From Candidatus Kuenenia stuttgartensis (GTDB lineage Bacteria; Bacteroidota; Bacteroidia; Flavobacteriales_D; Crocinitomicaceae): DNA of 35,392 bases. Below the pieces are notes generated by a model, which worked only from the letters and a program-made list of their open reading frames with translations, was not told where the DNA came from and did no database searches. Of this stretch, positions 33,532-35,392 are shown one piece after another (position 1 is the first letter of the stretch; the number at the start of each line of letters is the position of its first letter). Location: the NCBI GenBank assembly GCA_943326025.2, contig CALPRR020000001.1, positions 1-35,392 on the forward strand, given 5' to 3'. The position numbers and the translations under genes are program-made.

Positions 33532-35142
33532 ATGAACATTTTTGGAAAACAAGGTAAAAATGCTGATCTTAAGAAATCTATTGGTTTAGAGGGATTAGAA
33601 AATGAATTTTGGAATCTGACTCCTGCTGAATTAGTAGAAGATACTATTTTGAATGGACAAGGAATGCTTACAGACACTGGAGCAATTGCTATTGAAACAG
33701 GAGAATTTACAGGTCGTTCACCTAAAGATCGTTTTGTAGTATGCGATGAAAAAACTGAAAATTCAGTTTGGTGGGGAGATGTGAATATTAAATTTACTCC
33801 AGAAAAATTTGAAGCTCTTTACGGTAAAATGAAAGAGTATTTAAAAGGGAAGGACGTATATGTTCGTGATGCTTATGCATGTGCTGATGAAAATTTCCGT
33901 TTAAACATTCGTGTGATTACAGAAACACCATGGGCGAATCAATTCGCAAACAATATGTTTTTACGTCCTACTGAAGATGAATTAGAAAACTTTTTACCAG
34001 AATGGCATATTGTATGTGCTCCTGAATTTATGGCTGTAGCTGCTGAAGATGGGACACGTCAACACAATTTTGCAATATTGAACTTCACTAAAAAAATGAT
34101 TATCATTGGTGGAACTGGATATACAGGCGAAATTAAAAAAGGAATTTTTTCAGTATTAAATTACATTTTACCTCACGAAAAAAATGTATTATCAATGCAC
34201 TGTTCTGCAAACATTGGTGCAGATGGCGATACAGCTGTTTTCTTTGGTCTTTCAGGAACAGGTAAAACAACTTTATCTTCAGATCCAAACAGACGTTTAA
34301 TTGGTGATGATGAACATGGTTGGTCTGATAATTCTGTTTTCAACTTTGAAGGTGGATGTTATGCTAAAACAATTGACTTATCAAGAGAAAAAGAACCGCA
34401 AATCTTTGACGCAATTAAATTTGGAGCTATTTTAGAAAACATCTCTTTTGTGGATGGAACTTCTACTCCTGATTACACTGACAACTCAATCACAGAAAAT
34501 ACTCGTGTATCATATCCGATTGATCACATTGATAATATTGCTGTTCCTTCAATTGGAACTTCTCCAAAAAACATTTTCTTTTTAACAGCTGATGCTTTTG
34601 GTGTATTGCCTCCGATCTCTAAATTAACAAAAGAGCAAGCTATGTACCACTTCATGTCAGGTTATACTGCAAAAGTGGCTGGTACTGAAGTAGGAATTAC
34701 TGAACCTACAACAACATTCTCTGCATGTTTCGGAAAAGCGTTCTTACCATTACACCCAGCTAAATATGCTAAGTTATTAGGTGAGAAATTAGATGGAACA
34801 GATATTAATGTTTGGTTAATCAACACAGGTTGGTCTGGTGGATCTTACGGAGTTGGAAGTAGAATGAAATTATCTTACACTCGTTCTATGATTACAGCTG
34901 CATTAACTGGTAAATTGAAAGATGTTAAATTTGAAACATTACCAGTTTTTGAATTAGCTTTCCCAACAGAATGTCCTGAAGTTCCTTCAGAAATTTTAAA
35001 CCCACGTTCAACTTGGGCTAATAAAGAAGCATACGATCAAACAGCTGCTAATTTAGCTGGTCAGTTCGTTAAAAACTTCGAGCAATATGCTGCTGAAACA
35101 AGTCAAGATATCTTAGCTGCAGCACCGAAAGTGTTAGCATAA
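33532..35142 (+). CDS. pckA: Phosphoenolpyruvate carboxykinase (ATP)
   Basis: It is full length at 536 aa. Motifs include GEFTGRSPKDRF, the kinase-1a motif FFGLSGTGKTTLS, IGDDEHGW and NTGWSGG. Confidence 0.95.
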   Translation: MNIFGKQGKNADLKKSIGLEGLENEFWNLTPAELVEDTILNGQGMLTDTGAIAIETGEFTGRSPKDRFVVCDEKTENSVWWGDVNIKFTPEKFEALYGKMKEYLKGKDVYVRDAYACADENFRLNIRVITETPWANQFANNMFLRPTEDELENFLPEWHIVCAPEFMAVAAEDGTRQHNFAILNFTKKMIIIGGTGYTGEIKKGIFSVLNYILPHEKNVLSMHCSANIGADGDTAVFFGLSGTGKTTLSSDPNRRLIGDDEHGWSDNSVFNFEGGCYAKTIDLSREKEPQIFDAIKFGAILENISFVDGTSTPDYTDNSITENTRVSYPIDHIDNIAVPSIGTSPKNIFFLTADAFGVLPPISKLTKEQAMYHFMSGYTAKVAGTEVGITEPTTTFSACFGKAFLPLHPAKYAKLLGEKLDGTDINVWLINTGWSGGSYGVGSRMKLSYTRSMITAALTGKLKDVKFETLPVFELAFPTECPEVPSEILNPRSTWANKEAYDQTAANLAGQFVKNFEQYAAETSQDILAAAPKVLA

Positions 35143-35157
35143 GATTTCCCATAAACT

Positions 35158-35196
35158 AAAAAATCCCGATTGTTTATTCAATCGGGATTTTTTTTT
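35158..35196. terminator. Bidirectional rho-independent terminator shared by pckA (+) and corA (-)
   Basis: A 12-bp stem AAATCCCGATTG (35161-35172) pairs with CAATCGGGATTT (35179-35190) around the loop TTTATT. An A-run lies on one side and a T-run on the other. Confidence 0.8.
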
Positions 35197-35215
35197 GATA
35201 AAAATAACTATTCTA

Positions 35216-35392
35216 TTATTGCTTTTTCAACCAACCATTGCGTTTAAAATAGATTATAAGAGAAATGGCAATTGCAAACATGACACCAACAACAGTATAA
35301 TAACCATATTTATACTTTAATTCAGGCATGTTTTCAAAATTCATCCCGTATACACCTACAATAAACGTCAAAGGAATAAAGACAGATGAGAC
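35216..35392 (-). CDS. corA: Magnesium/cobalt transporter CorA, C-terminal 58 codons only; the gene continues beyond the window end
   Basis: It is not in the ORF track. The minus-strand translation is VSSVFIPLTFIVGVYGMNFENMPELKYKYGYYTVVGVMFAIAISLIIYFKRNGWLKKQ*. This contains the CorA signature YGMNF and the last two TM helices. Confidence 0.85.
   Translation of the reverse strand, partial: VSSVFIPLTFIVGVYGMNFENMPELKYKYGYYTVVGVMFAIAISLIIYFKRNGWLKKQ

Noticed and set aside
1-35392. CRISPR arrays, tRNA/rRNA genes, IS elements or transposases
   Set aside because: All intergenic spacers were read on both strands. No regularly spaced direct repeats, cloverleaf-like G+C-rich segments, or terminal inverted repeats flanking a transposase-like ORF were found.

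Overview
This is an AT-rich window (by eye about one-third G+C or less) that looks like chromosomal DNA from a Bacteroidota, Flavobacteriales-type organism. Three lines of evidence support that: several proteins end in type IX secretion (T9SS) sorting domains, start codons are preceded by TAnnTTTG '-7' promoter boxes rather than Shine-Dalgarno sites, and the housekeeping proteins look flavobacterial. Most of the window is ordinary core genome. It holds a BtuFCD-type ABC importer, mutS2, an LptF/G permease, tgt, a GT2 glycosyltransferase, an ECF-like sigma factor, rsmG, a SWIM-SNF2 helicase, aroQ, xerD, rimO, elbB, pckA and a corA 3' end. I found no rRNA, tRNA, CRISPR array, transposase or intact prophage. 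The accessory content is three intact T9SS cargo genes, one decayed T9SS C-terminal-domain (CTD) relic and one decayed ORF6N gene relic. The most interesting content is a tightly packed minus-strand cluster at 28304->25571, possibly extending to 22453. It encodes a small Cys-motif membrane protein, a Met/His-rich outer-membrane beta-barrel, an MbnP-like lipoprotein with no MbnH peroxidase partner, and a small PSCyt1-like lipoprotein with a non-canonical C-x4-C-H motif. A 1032-aa T9SS-secreted Asp-box beta-propeller protein follows 19 nt later. I interpret this as a candidate undescribed envelope metal-handling system, probably for copper; this rests on sequence patterns only. A second window-wide observation is that a TAnnTTTG box sits exactly 4 nt upstream of the start codon of several unrelated genes, which implies leaderless mRNAs. 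All family assignments come from motif recognition by eye. No database or HMM search was run.
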